A stretch of 64,000 nt of DNA from the human T2T-CHM13v2.0 reference genome, Homo sapiens, in assembly GCF_009914755.1 (NCBI RefSeq), contig NC_060939.1; one strand, given 5' to 3'. A program made the position numbers and the translations under genes. Within the stretch, counting starts at the first letter, position 1; the number at the start of each line of letters is the position of its first letter. Below are positions 42,033 through 55,567 of the stretch, piece after piece. The notes under the pieces were generated by a model. That model was given only the letters and a program-made list of their open reading frames with translations. It was not told the DNA's origin and searched no databases.

Positions 42033-45000
42033 TGAGGAGTGTTTCAAAACAAAATGCAGTGGTATTTATAATAACAAAAAAAAATTTTAAAGGAAATAAG
42101 ACCTGATACAGGGGAACACTATATTAATATATGAAAAACAATAATATATAAATACATGGATTGCAGCAGGCACTGACAGGTTGTCATTGTTTTTGCGCCT
42201 TCCTGGTGTTCATGAACATCACCTCCTTGGATGTTCATGTCACTTCTATGAGGAACAGGAAGCTCTGGGCACCCAGCTGGTGAGAGCAAGAGTCCTGTGT
42301 GCCCCACATGACACCAAGCTGCCAACTTCCATCTTACCGAACCCCAGGCTGTCTGCTCCTGAGGGGGCTCTGGGGCATGGTGACATTCCCCAGTGGGCGA
42401 GGAAGCTGAGGTCACTGTCTGCTTTCAACACTTGTCCCTGAGTCACTGCCTGGGCCTGAGTAGGGGAAATCCAGCCCCTGCCCATTGCAGCCACACGGCC
42501 TGGCTCCCCTGGCTCTGGGGGATGTCACCATTCTGAGGGCGTCCAGCAGTGTGATGGTGAAGCCAGGTGCCCTCTCCTGACAGCCACCCTTGCCCCACGG
42601 AGCCTGCCTGCTGGGATGTAGAGGAGGGGGGTTCCAGCCCCTCCTGTCCCGCGTCAGGTCTGTAGCACACAAGCTGCCTGCCCAGGGTCCTCAAATCAGC
42701 TGTCTTCACTCTGACCTGCAGGTCTCGGCTCCTGCATACTGCAAGCTGGGTGCCTTCCTTCTACAGAACCCATGCCCCCTTGCAAGGAAACCATGGAATT
42801 TCCCCAGGAGTCTTCGACAACTCCAGGCCACAGGAAGGTCACAAATGGTCAGAAAAGGAATGAATTTGAAGGAGGAAGAACCAGCCCTGCCCACGTTGTC
42901 TGGGGCCCCTCCCAAGGGGACAGGAAAGCTCCACAAACAGGACCTGGAACATCCAGGGAGCGTCTGGGCTGCAGGTAGGTGTCGCCTTATACACTTTACA
43001 CCAGGCCCCTCCCCACCTCCCCATTTAGAGCCTCCAGGACCAATCGTATCAGAATCTCCGGGGCAGGACCTGGGGGCATCCATGCTTTTTAAAGCCTTCC
43101 AGGTGTTTGCAGTGTGCAGATAAGGTTCAGGGCCACTAATTTAAACCCTAAAAGTCTTATACCAGATCTTTCTATAGTTTGGGGTGTGCTACTTTCCTGT
43201 CTGTGGAAATCCTGCTTGTCCTACAGGGCTCATCTCAGCCGCCCCTTCTTAGGTGAAGCCTTCCTTGACTTCCCAGTTTCCTGAGGCAAAGTTAATTGCT
43301 TCCCCACCATCATTAATTCTGGTGGGGTCCAGGCCGTGCCTGGGTGCAAATCCTGCCTCCATGACTTCCTAGTTGTACCGTGGCCACATCTCTCCACTTC
43401 TGCAAGCCTCAATCTTTTTATCTGTAAAATGAGGCTAACAATAAAAGTACCTATTTTATGGGGTTAATGTTCAGTTAAATGCAATAATCTGCTTATAACA
43501 GTGGTGGTCAGTAAATGCTAGCCATTTCTTATAACTCAAATTCTTTTCTGCCTTTTCTGCACTTTCAAAATGCAAACTCCTTGAAAGTGGAACGAGTCCA
43601 CCCCAGCCTCATGCTCCCCGTACTCTGTCTACACTGTGCTCTGCACGTAGCAGTATTCAATAACTATTTGATGAACAAATGAATCAGAAGGGAATCCTTA
43701 TGTGACATTAGAACTTGCTTCCCAGTTTAGCTCTGGCATAAATCCAGAGTCCATATATTGATTTGTTGAGCAATGTTTTCCTTTATTGAGTTCTTACTAT
43801 ATACTAGGCTCTGAGAATTTAAAGATAAACACACAATTGCTGTCATTGAGGAGAGTCTGGAGGAGGACACAGATTCATGATTTTGTTATTTTATTATGCT
43901 TGTAACATTGTCTCAGAAGTGCCACCGGGGCACAAAGGAAAAAGAGGGGAAGGGGAGGGAGGAGGGAAGTGTTAGTGCAGAAGATACAAAGAGAAGGAGC
44001 TTGCCGGGTGGAGAGGCAGGGAAGGGCATTGGAGCTGAAGGAACAGCACCTGCTAGGCCAGAAAGGCCCAAGAGGGCGAGCTGCAATCCGAGGATGGTGT
44101 GGTACACCAGGAAAGCCGTAGGGGGATGGAACTGGCCAGGCAGACTGTGGCTGGAATGGGAGAGGCTCGAGGGCTGGACTAAGTGGCTGGGACTTCATCC
44201 AGCCAGCCAAGGAGGGTCTGGTCATGTTTGTGAGCCGAGAAGGTAAACAGAGCGCACCTGGGCTGGTTTCCTTCTCTCAGGCCTTCCTGGCGGCCACGCC
44301 TTACCGAAAGGAGTCCTGACTCAGAGCTGCTGTGCCGTCCCTTCTCCTGTCCCTGCCTGGAAGAGGCCTATCAGGTTGACCAAGCTTTGCTCCCACCTGT
44401 GGATGAGAAGGGCAGGTGGCCGAGAGTGGGTGTGGAGGAGGAAGACTGGATGCCAATGATCCTGTGAGTTTCATTCATTGGAGGTGTAACTTTCAGGCTC
44501 AAACTAGAGGCAAAAGATGAGGCAGTCCATGGGAAACAGGGGAGCAGGCGTAGCAGAGGGGCTCCGGCTGACGACAGGCAGGGGACTTGCTTCTTCTGTT
44601 TGTTTGTTAGAAATCATGACTCTGCCGTTATCTGCTGTGACATCTTGGGTACTTAATCCCTCACTCGAGACCTCAGTGTCGTCTTCTGTAAACTGAATGG
44701 AGTGGTCCAGGTGATCTTTCAACTCTGTAATTCCAAGGAAGAAGGCAGTTCAGGGAGCGGTGTGGATTTTATAGATAAGGGGCCGAAGGTGGGGACTCCC
44801 AGACAGGACAAAGTCTCTTCTGGAGGGAGCAGCAGCCTTTTCAGAGTGGGTGGGTGGCGGAGCTCACCTTCCTTTGCTGCTCCTAAGCCTGACACAGCCT
44901 CAAACCCCAGCAGGTACTGAGGAGGTGGGGGAGTGGAGCTCCTCTGCTGACCCAGCAGAGAGGAGCGGAGCAGCCTCAGCGAGGCGGCCCTGGGAAAAGT

Positions 45001-45876
45001 GCTAGGGTACAGCTGCCCTAGGCCCCTCTGATCCCGATCCCAGCTGCTCTTCTCCTCCCAGCACTGTATAGCCCACAGGAGCTAAATCCAGGGGCAGACC
45101 CCAGGCTTCTGCCGAAGGGTAGAGGGTGGCAGTGGGAGGTCAGTCAGGCTTCTGGGCCAAGAGCCCAGAGAAGAGCTGGTGGCCATAGCACAGGCTCTGT
45201 GAGGCTGGGCAGCCGGCTCACCTCCCCTCAGCCCCCACCCACCTCCTGCTGGCCTGAGGCATCCTGGAGACCCCTCAATCCCAACATCTTAGTCACAGTC
45301 CCTGAAAGTCCTCGGGTTCACAAGCATTCTATTTTAAGTAATGGTTCTCTCTACTTTTATTAGCACCCAGCACTAACCTTTTGTGAAGATATAAAATCAA
45401 AGTAAAAAATTCTATAATTATTATTTTTTAAAGCAAACACTCACACATGGATTAAGAGGACCTGTTCACCATTCGTGCGGCAAACATTTACTGAGCATCT
45501 ACTATGCCAAGCCCTGTGCTGGGCTCAGGAGGACCCAGGGTGGGAGCAGAATCCCATGGAACCGCCTAGGAGGTTCAGGAAAGACTCCTTTAGAGAGGAG
45601 AACCTTGAGCTGAGACCAGGAGGGTTGGAGAACTTGGCCAACTGAAGGAGAGAGGCCAGCCTGAGCCAGGGCCAGGAGGCAGGGACTATGAGTAGTTTAT
45701 TGTGGCTGAAGCAGGGAGTTGACAGGAAAATGTTCCTTTTCCTGCACTCACACAATCGTAATGATCTGTGTCGCTATTTGTTTAGTGTCTGTATCCCCTG
45801 TTAGACCACAAGCTCCACGAGGGGTACAGTGTGTATGTATACTGCTGCATCCTGGTACCCAGAACGATGCCTAGCA

Positions 45877-46209
45877 CAGGGGTTCCCAACCCCCAGGCCA
45901 AGGATCAGTACCAGTCATGGCCTGTTAGGAACCAGGAGCACAGCAGGAGGTGAGCCGCGGGCAAGCTGGCATTACTGCCTGAGCTCTGCCTCCTGTCAGA
46001 TCAGCAGTGTGGCATTAGATTCCCCTAGGAGCTTGAACCCTACTGTGAACTGTGCATGGGAGGGATCTAGGTTGCACACTCCTTATGACAATCTAATGCC
46101 TGATGATCTGAGGTGGAACAGTTTCATGCTGAAACCATCCTGCCCCATCAGTGGAAAAATTGTCTTCCATGAAACTGGTCCCTGGTGCCAAAAAGTTCAG
46201 GAACCACTG
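45877..46209 (+). mobile_element. MER1B (hAT-Charlie) DNA transposon, inserted in an L2 end
   Basis: CAGGGGTTCCC...GAACCACTG termini and a perfect 8-bp TSD GCCTAGCA (45869-45876 / 46210-46217). Confidence 0.9.
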
Positions 46210-46389
46210 GCCTAGCACATAGCAAATGTTCACTTAAATTGGTGTCACAGGAACAAGTAAAAGAAATAATTCTCATGTTAATTTGGGTTAGATCAGAAAG
46301 GGCTGTGAAGCCATGCTAATGAGTTTGGATGGTATCCCAGGGCCAACAGGAGCTACTGAAGGTTTTTTTTTTTTTTTTTTAATTATTTA

Positions 46390-47669
<1,280 letters not shown>

Positions 47670-49605
47670 CTGAGACACAAGAATCACTTGAACCCAGGGG
47701 GCAGATGTTGCAGTGAGCTGAGATCGTGCCACTGCACTCCAGCCTGGGCAACAGAGTGAAACTCTGTCTCAAAAAAAAAATAATAATAATAAAATGATTT
47801 TATTTTTGTTTTTATCGAGATAGAGTCTCACTCTGTTGCCCAGGCTGGTCTCGAAATCCTGAGTTCAAGCAATCCACCCACCTGAGCCTCCCAAAGTGCT
47901 GGGATTACAGGCATGAGCCACCACGCCCGGCCCACTGAAGGTTTTAAATAGGGGAATGACACATTCATTTTTGCCCTTTATGAATCCCTTTTTGGCTTTG
48001 GTGTGGAGAACGGCCGGGATCAGAGAGTTCACTTGAGACCTAAAGTCAGTGGTGTCTCTGGAGATGAGGGGGCAGCACAGATTTGAGAGTTTAAGGAGAC
48101 TTGATCCAGGGGTGCAGGGAGTGACTGGATGCAAGGAGTGAGGGAGATAGAGGTGGCCAGGAGGACGCCAGGCTTCTAGACCTGGCAGGTTTCCCACCGT
48201 GGCCCCTAGGATGGTGTACACGTCCACATTGTCATCCTTACCTCAGGGCATTGTTATGGTTGATCGTCTGTTTATGGGACTCTCCCCAGCAAGTGGGCCA
48301 GGACGGGCTCTGTTCACCTTTGCAGCTCTCATGCCTAGCACGTGAGAGTAACTGCTCAGCTACTCTGAGCATAGTAACTGCTCAGTTAGTGTTTAGTGGA
48401 TGAAATTCTGGTTGGAATTTGTGTATACAACTTTGTTTTCAGAAGGGTGAGAGAAATTACTGTTTAGTAAATGCAATGTCATAGACATAGTGCACCCAAA
48501 AGAAAAAAATCATTTCATGACCAGGTGTGGTGGCTCATACCTGTAATCCCAGCAATCTGGGAGGCCAAGGCAGGAGTATCACTTGAAGCCAAGAGTTTGA
48601 GAATATCCTGGGCAACATAGTAAGATCCCATCTCTACAAAAAAACAAAAATATAAAGTCATTTCCATTTGTGAGCTGTGTTCAGAGGCCTGGGAGCTGGG
48701 TTGAGGCAGGGAGGGATGTGGGGAGCCCAGGGTGTGGAGGAGGCAGCGGGGCTCCCTGGGCCGTGAAGGTCGCTGAACAAAGGAGACCGTCCAGGTTTGG
48801 CCACTGGTGCTTGCTGCTGTCCCCGAAATGAGATCGGAGGGGAGGGGCAGGTTTGGAGGAGAGGTGACAAGTCTGAGTGCCCATGGGACATCCAGCTTGA
48901 TATATAAACCAGAAGGTGCTGGAAGCCTTAGGTGTGAGTGAGAAGACACAGAGATGTGGAGAGGAGGGCTGGGGGTGACCTGGAGAAACAACTGTTAAGG
49001 AGGGGGCAGAGAATCAAGTGGCCAGGAAGTTTGGGGACACGTTGGGAGGGCCACCTCAGGCCCGGGAGTCCTGTTGCCTCTTCTCCTGTGCTGTTACCCA
49101 GCAGGGGGACCAGGGGCCTGGGAGAGGCGCCAGCACTTTACTAACAGCCCAGCGCCTTGGGGTTTCGTTTCTGCTGGGTTCTGGCTCACCTTCCTCTTGT
49201 GGTCAGAAGAATGCAGAATCCTGTGGTTTCCCCGCTGTGTCGTCACAAGGCCTGCTGCCAGCCTGCCGCACTTTTCCTCAGCTCCATCACTGAACTTCTT
49301 TCATTTTTGCAGATGAACCTTGTCACCCTCCTCATAACCCAGGTTTCCCCTGCCTCCTCCCCACCCCCAGATCAGTCCTCCCACCCTGTAAGTGAGCCAG
49401 GCTCTTCCCAGCTGTGCCCTGGGTGGGCTCAAGGGTGTTTCCTGGGCATGGTACCACCTCTCCCTCCCATTGCCTCCCTGCTCCTGCTTCCCTCCCCTCT
49501 GGTCTGGCTGAGAAAAAGGTCCAGAGTTGGCAGAGCAGGTGGAAAGCCGGGGGCTGGCTGTCCCAGCTGCTGCACATTCAGGTTCTGGGATCTGTGGGCC
49601 AGGTG

Positions 49606-50326
<721 letters not shown>

Positions 50327-51897
50327 GCACCAGGAAGAAAGGAAGAGGCACCAAACCCCAGACTCCAAGAGATGCATTCACAGGGCTGTGTACCCTCTCC
50401 CAGCATCCATCTGTCACCCTCCCTCTGTCTGGACACCATCAGTCTGGGCAGCAGGTTGTGGGCAGCAGGCCTCAGAATCCCTGTGTGGGGTCAGCCCCAG
50501 TGAGAGCAGAGCCTGGCCCCAGGCAGCCCCTCCCACTCAGCAGACCCGCTCTTTCGCGGCCTGGACCTGGGGACCTGGTGCGGGCCCAGAACCCAGCCCC
50601 CGGACACCTACCCTGGCAGGCCTAGAGCAAGGAAGTTTCATGGCGCAATGTTCTTCCCCTTGAAGGTGTGAAGCCCTGTGAGGGCTGGAATTTCCACATT
50701 GCTCAGATAGTGGGCTTGCTCAGTCCTCCGCAGTGAAGAAAACAAAAGAGAACAAGTGGCCACGGCCTCTTTCTAGGCATCTCTTTATTCCTCTGGGCTG
50801 CAAGGGGCCTGCATTGGGTCTGAACAGAGGTGAAACAGAGGAAAGCTTTGAGGGTGCAACTCAGCCTGGAGCCATTTCTGGACAGTGAGAATGAACAGCA
50901 GTGATGACGTCATTCACCACATTCCACATGCGCTCGTCTTTGCACTAGGCCTTGGAGGCATGAGGGTGGTGACTCATAGCGGTAAAAACCCTGTCTTGGC
51001 TACCTCAGGAAATGAGTGGAATCTGTGGCTTGACGTTCCTGTATTCTTGCTGATGAACCACTCACGATGTCCACGTAGTGGCTCCTGCCAGGCGCTTGTG
51101 AAAGTTGGAGAAAAGAGGTCGCCTTCCCACCATGCCCACAGTGTGCCTCGGCCCCTTGTTCATGGCCCTCGGCAGCAGATGCCTTTCCTTTCTCTCATGC
51201 GCACAGGCCAGGCCAGCCCAGCCCACCAAGCCCCCTCCCGAGCCCCCTCTTGGAGGAGCCTCCTCTACACGTAGGGCTCTCCCTGGGGGTCTTCCTTTGA
51301 GTGTGGGGTTTATGTGCACTGATTTCTAAGATCAAAAGGCTAAGACCTTGCCATCCATTCATTCATTCAGCAAGGGGGGCGGGGGTGCTGGGAGGAAGCA
51401 GGAGGACAGAAGTTTTAAGCAGTCACAAAATATAATGAATGAAAACAAAACCAAAAAGAGGACTAAGGGAAGGGAGGTGGAAAAATACCAAACCCCTGTT
51501 CTACCCTCTTCTGAGACCCTTCGCTGGCAGGTGCCCTTGTAAACAGTGAAACAGCCGTCCCAGGGCCTGCGAGGTAGTGCCACTGTCTTAATCGGTCCGC
51601 AGGTTACTTCTCAGAGGGTGTTTCCATGGATTCTACTGGGTCCTCACCTGTTTCTGGGCAACCTCACCCCAGCTTCCTGCCTTGTGATAAAGATCTTTTT
51701 ATTTCTTTATTTTGAGCAGTCACTTTCCCCTAAAAGATTAATATGTTGTTCTCACCAAGAGGCCCAGCTCTAGCTATATACTACCTGTTTGTAGTGGTTG
51801 AAAGTTTAATATCTCTTTAGCATCCCTTACAAAATATTTTGGGAGGTTTAGTTTAAATTCAGGCACAGCCTGTGGAAGGCTCAGACGCAAGGCTAGG

Positions 51898-51911
51898 GCG
51901 CCATCTCCTGG
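51898..51911 (-). promoter_or_regulatory. Reverse CTCF motif (CCAGGAGATGGCGC on the minus strand)
   Basis: 13/14 match to CCASYAGRKGGCRS, with a retained CpG in otherwise AT-rich DNA. Confidence 0.65.
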
Positions 51912-52029
51912 TCGATTTTGAATATGACAAAATTGAACTTGGATTGAGACTCGTGTTAATAGAGGTGAAAATCAGCTGATTTAAGTTATAGGTGGAAAGG
52001 CGTGCGCAGAAACACATGTAACTAATAAA

Positions 52030-52880
52030 GCACTTTGTCAGAATCTATAAAGAACTCTTACAATTTAATATAAAAAATCTTAGCGATTGGGCTGTTAAAA
52101 AATCAGTAGAAAAATAAGCAAGAGGCTTAAAGGGGCAATTTCTAAAAGAGGATATCAAATGCACCATAAATATATGAAAGATGTTCAACTTTTTATTCTT
52201 CGAGACTACTGGTGGAGGACAAGGCGGAGGAAAGCCCAGGAAGCCTGTATACGCTGTAAAGACCCTTTCAGGTAATTCAGATTTTACCCACTAGAGGGCG
52301 TGCCACTCACTTTAGTTGTTTTAAATTTGCCCAAGGGAAATATGCAAAATAAAACCGCAATGAGATGCACTGCACTGCAGCCTGCCAAGTTGGCAAAAAT
52401 GGGGGCAGCGGGTACTCTCATACACTGCTGGAGAAAGTGCAAATTGCTATACCTTTGAAAAATTGTTTGGCATTATCTAGAAAACAGTTAACGCATAGGC
52501 GTATTCTATGTCATAGCAACTTCACTTCTTGATATATGTTCAACAAAAATGTGAGTCCATGGACACTAAGAAGCATACAAGATTGCTTATAACAGCATTA
52601 TTGGCAGGTAATAGCAAGAACTGGAAACAATTCAAATGCCCACGAAGAATAGGCTGGAAAAATAAATGGTAGTATATTGATGCAGTGGAATATCTAACGG
52701 AAAAACAGACAAGCCAACAGAATCTGCAGCTACAAACGGCAACAATATGGATGGATGGATTTTATGAACATAATGTTGAGCAAACGAAGCCAGGTATAAA
52801 ATAATCATAATCATATATAAAGGTCAAAACAGAAAAAACATTTTATAGTGCTAGATGTCAGGATAATGGTACATTTAGTC
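52030..52880 (+). mobile_element. Old L1M 3' fragment interrupted by a ~140-bp insert (~52195-52332)
   Basis: TATAAAGAACTCTTACAA, ATGAAAGATGTTCAAC|AGGGAAAT..GCAAAATAAAACCGCAATGAGAT and CATAATGTTGAG motifs. Confidence 0.75.
52269..52304 (+). promoter_or_regulatory. Forward CTCF site with upstream module, copy 1 (GGTAATTC...CCACTAGAGGGCGT)
   Basis: Core at 52288-52301, with a TGYART-type upstream module at the expected spacing. Confidence 0.7.
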
Positions 52881-53107
52881 CTAGAGAATGAAGGCAGAGA
52901 TTGGGAATATATTTAAAATAAATTTTAAAAATAAATTTAACACTTCAATTATAAAGTTTAAAAAAGTTACAGATGGAATGGTAGAAAGGGATTTCCAACC
53001 AGTAGAATTAGGCAAGAGTGAGGGAAGAAATCGAAAACTTGGGAAAGAAGAAAAGCAGGTGTAGGGTGCAAAAAACGAAACCAAAAAAACAAACCCCAAA
53101 ACACCTC

Positions 53108-53143
53108 CAGGTAATTCGGATTCTCCCCACTAGAGGGCGTGCC
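53108..53143 (+). promoter_or_regulatory. Forward CTCF site with upstream module, copy 2
   Basis: Core at 53127-53140; 33/36 identical to copy 1. Confidence 0.7.
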
Positions 53144-53219
53144 TCCCTCTCCTCGCCCTGAGTGTTCTTGCCGTACGCAAACATTTGCTTCGATGTTGTT
53201 TTTTCCCTCCCTTGAATTA

Positions 53220-53264
53220 TTAGGTTAGTACAAAAGTAATTGGGTTTTTGCAATTATTTTTAAT
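53220..53264. mobile_element. MADE1 (Hsmar1 MITE) half element
   Basis: TA-TTAGGTTAGTACAAAAGTAATTGGGTTTTTGCAATTA matches the Hsmar1 TIR. Confidence 0.85.
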
Positions 53265-53625
53265 TTAATATATCCGTGGGAAAAATCTTCATAAGAGGAA
53301 TAATTTGGCCAAAGGATATAACTATTTTAATGCCCTATTTTAAGAATGTTGCTAGATTGTTCTTCAGAAAGACTGCACAAATTAAATTGATAGCCACCCA
53401 ACAACGCGTCAAAATGCGTTCCTAAGTCATTCAATGGTAGACTTTCAAAATGGTAGGTTTTAAAGAGCTTGTTGATTGAACATTTGCAAAACAGTAGTAC
53501 CAAAGTGGATTAATTTACATTTCTTTAGTTATTAGTGAAACAAAACATTTTCCTTTAAAATGCTTGACAATGATTTCCTCTTATGCACACTGCCTGGTCA
53601 AGGTGGCCTTTGCCTATTCAGACAA

Positions 53626-53723
53626 TTAGGTTAAATGCAAAAGTAACTGCGGTCTTTGCCATTACTGTTAATTACATAATTACTACTAATGCCAAAACCA
53701 CAACTACTTTTGCACCAGCCGAA
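53626..53723. mobile_element. Full palindromic MADE1 with an expanded centre
   Basis: TTAGGTTAAATGCAAAAGTAACTGCGG...CCACAACTACTTTTGCACCAGCCGAA-TA. Confidence 0.85.
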
Positions 53724-55567
53724 TATGTTCTCTTTATGTAACTATATTTGATCTCTATATATTAGTAAATTTTTTAATCTGTCAAGGTTGTCACAGTTTC
53801 TTCCATTCTAATGGTTACTTTTTTTTGTTTCTTTTTTTTTTTTTTTTGAGCTGGAGTCTCGCTTTGTTGCCCAGGCCTTGTAAGTGCAGTGGCACAATCT
53901 CAGCTCACGGCAACCTCCAGCTCCTGGGTTCAAGCAATTCTCGTGCTTCAGTTTAAAGAGTAACTGGGAGTACAGGCGCCTGCCACCATGCCTGGCTAAT
54001 TTTTGTATTTTTAGTAGAAATGGGGTTTCACCATGTTGACCAGACTGGTCTCGAACTTCTGACCTCAAATGATCCACCTGCCTCAGCCTCCCAAAATGCT
54101 GGGATTACAGGTGTGAGTTGTCACACCCGGCCTATTTTTTAATCTTAATTTTTATTATTTTCTTTTGAAATATACTTGAATGTTCTTGTGGTTACGCTTT
54201 TCCATTTTTAACTCTAACATTTTTTTTCTATTACCCATAGTATTACATATATTTCTTTCCAAGTTGTGATAAGTTTGTTTTCTTCTGAAGAGTGTTTTCC
54301 AAACTGATTTTCTCTTATTTCTTTGGGTGTGAAAACTTTTCTGAAGGAGTTCCATGGTCAAATAAATTGGGAAAATATTTAGACAAAAATAAATCCCTTC
54401 CTTTATTACAGCAATTATAAAACCTTAACGATGGTAATTTATTCATTGAAGAAAATATTTATTGAGCATCTACTATGAGGTACTAGGGGCTTGTACAGCT
54501 CTGAACAAAAGAGACAAATGCATGCAGTGTATTTCCAAGACAGGGATATCATATACAGATTTTTTTCCAATGTATTTGAGCAAAACTTTTTAATTTTTAT
54601 TTATTTACATATTTTTAGAGACACAGACTCACTCTGTCACCCAGGCTGGAGTGCAGTGGTGCAGTTATAGCTCACTATAGCCTCGACCTCCTGGACTCAA
54701 GTGATCCTCCCACCTCAGTCTCCCGAGTAGTCAGGACTACAGGTATGGCAGGCTAAGTTTTAAAAATTTTGTAGAGATGGGATCTCACTATGTTGCCTAG
54801 GCTGGTCTCCAAATCCTGGCCTCAAGCAGTCCTCCCTCCATGGCCTCCTAAAGTGCTCGGAGTAGAATTGAGAGCCACCGTACCTGGCTGCTCCAAAATG
54901 CTTTTTTATGCCTCCCCTACTTAGTGTTTTACACTGTTCCACAGAATATCGGAATCTAGAATTTGTTCCAGCATAAAGTGAAAGATATGAATCAACTTTC
55001 ATTTTTCCTCATCAATTCATCCATATTTTTAGCAGAATTTATTAAATATGATTCCTCTTTGGTTTTGCTGTCTTCTGTTCATTGAATAGAATTTTTTCTA
55101 TAATTTGGGAATTTCTGGCATATTTATTGTTTCATTGGTTTATAAAGAATAACTGTATCCAAAATGAACAAAACTCTCACTTTCTTCGCCGTTAATTGTT
55201 GCTAAGATTAAGTGGTACCTGAGGCTTCAGCTTCCCCAGGTACCTGCCAGCTAGAGGCATAAGCATGACAGCAGAGGGTGCAAAGTTATTGGAAACACTG
55301 AGCCTCCACGGACCCATCTGGCGAGGAGGACAGCTAACCCTAGCTGGGGGAGGAATACCTGGGAGATGGGGAGGGTTAGGAGTGGAGGGAAAACGTGTAG
55401 TTATTGAGTACTTGTCATGTGCTGATCACACTGTATTAATATATTACTCAGAAGCCCGCTGTGCAAATGTGGGAACGGAGGTAGCTTGTCTAAGCTAGCC
55501 CAGAGGCTGATCCACATCAAGCCCCGTCACAGCTGCTGCTCCTGCCCTGTACTCCCAGTTGACATCT

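Noticed and set aside
42590-43123. 177-aa ORF, and the overlapping ORFs at 48515-49668
   Set aside because: Non-ATG starts or GC-rich chance ORFs open on both strands, with no recognisable domain or exon structure.
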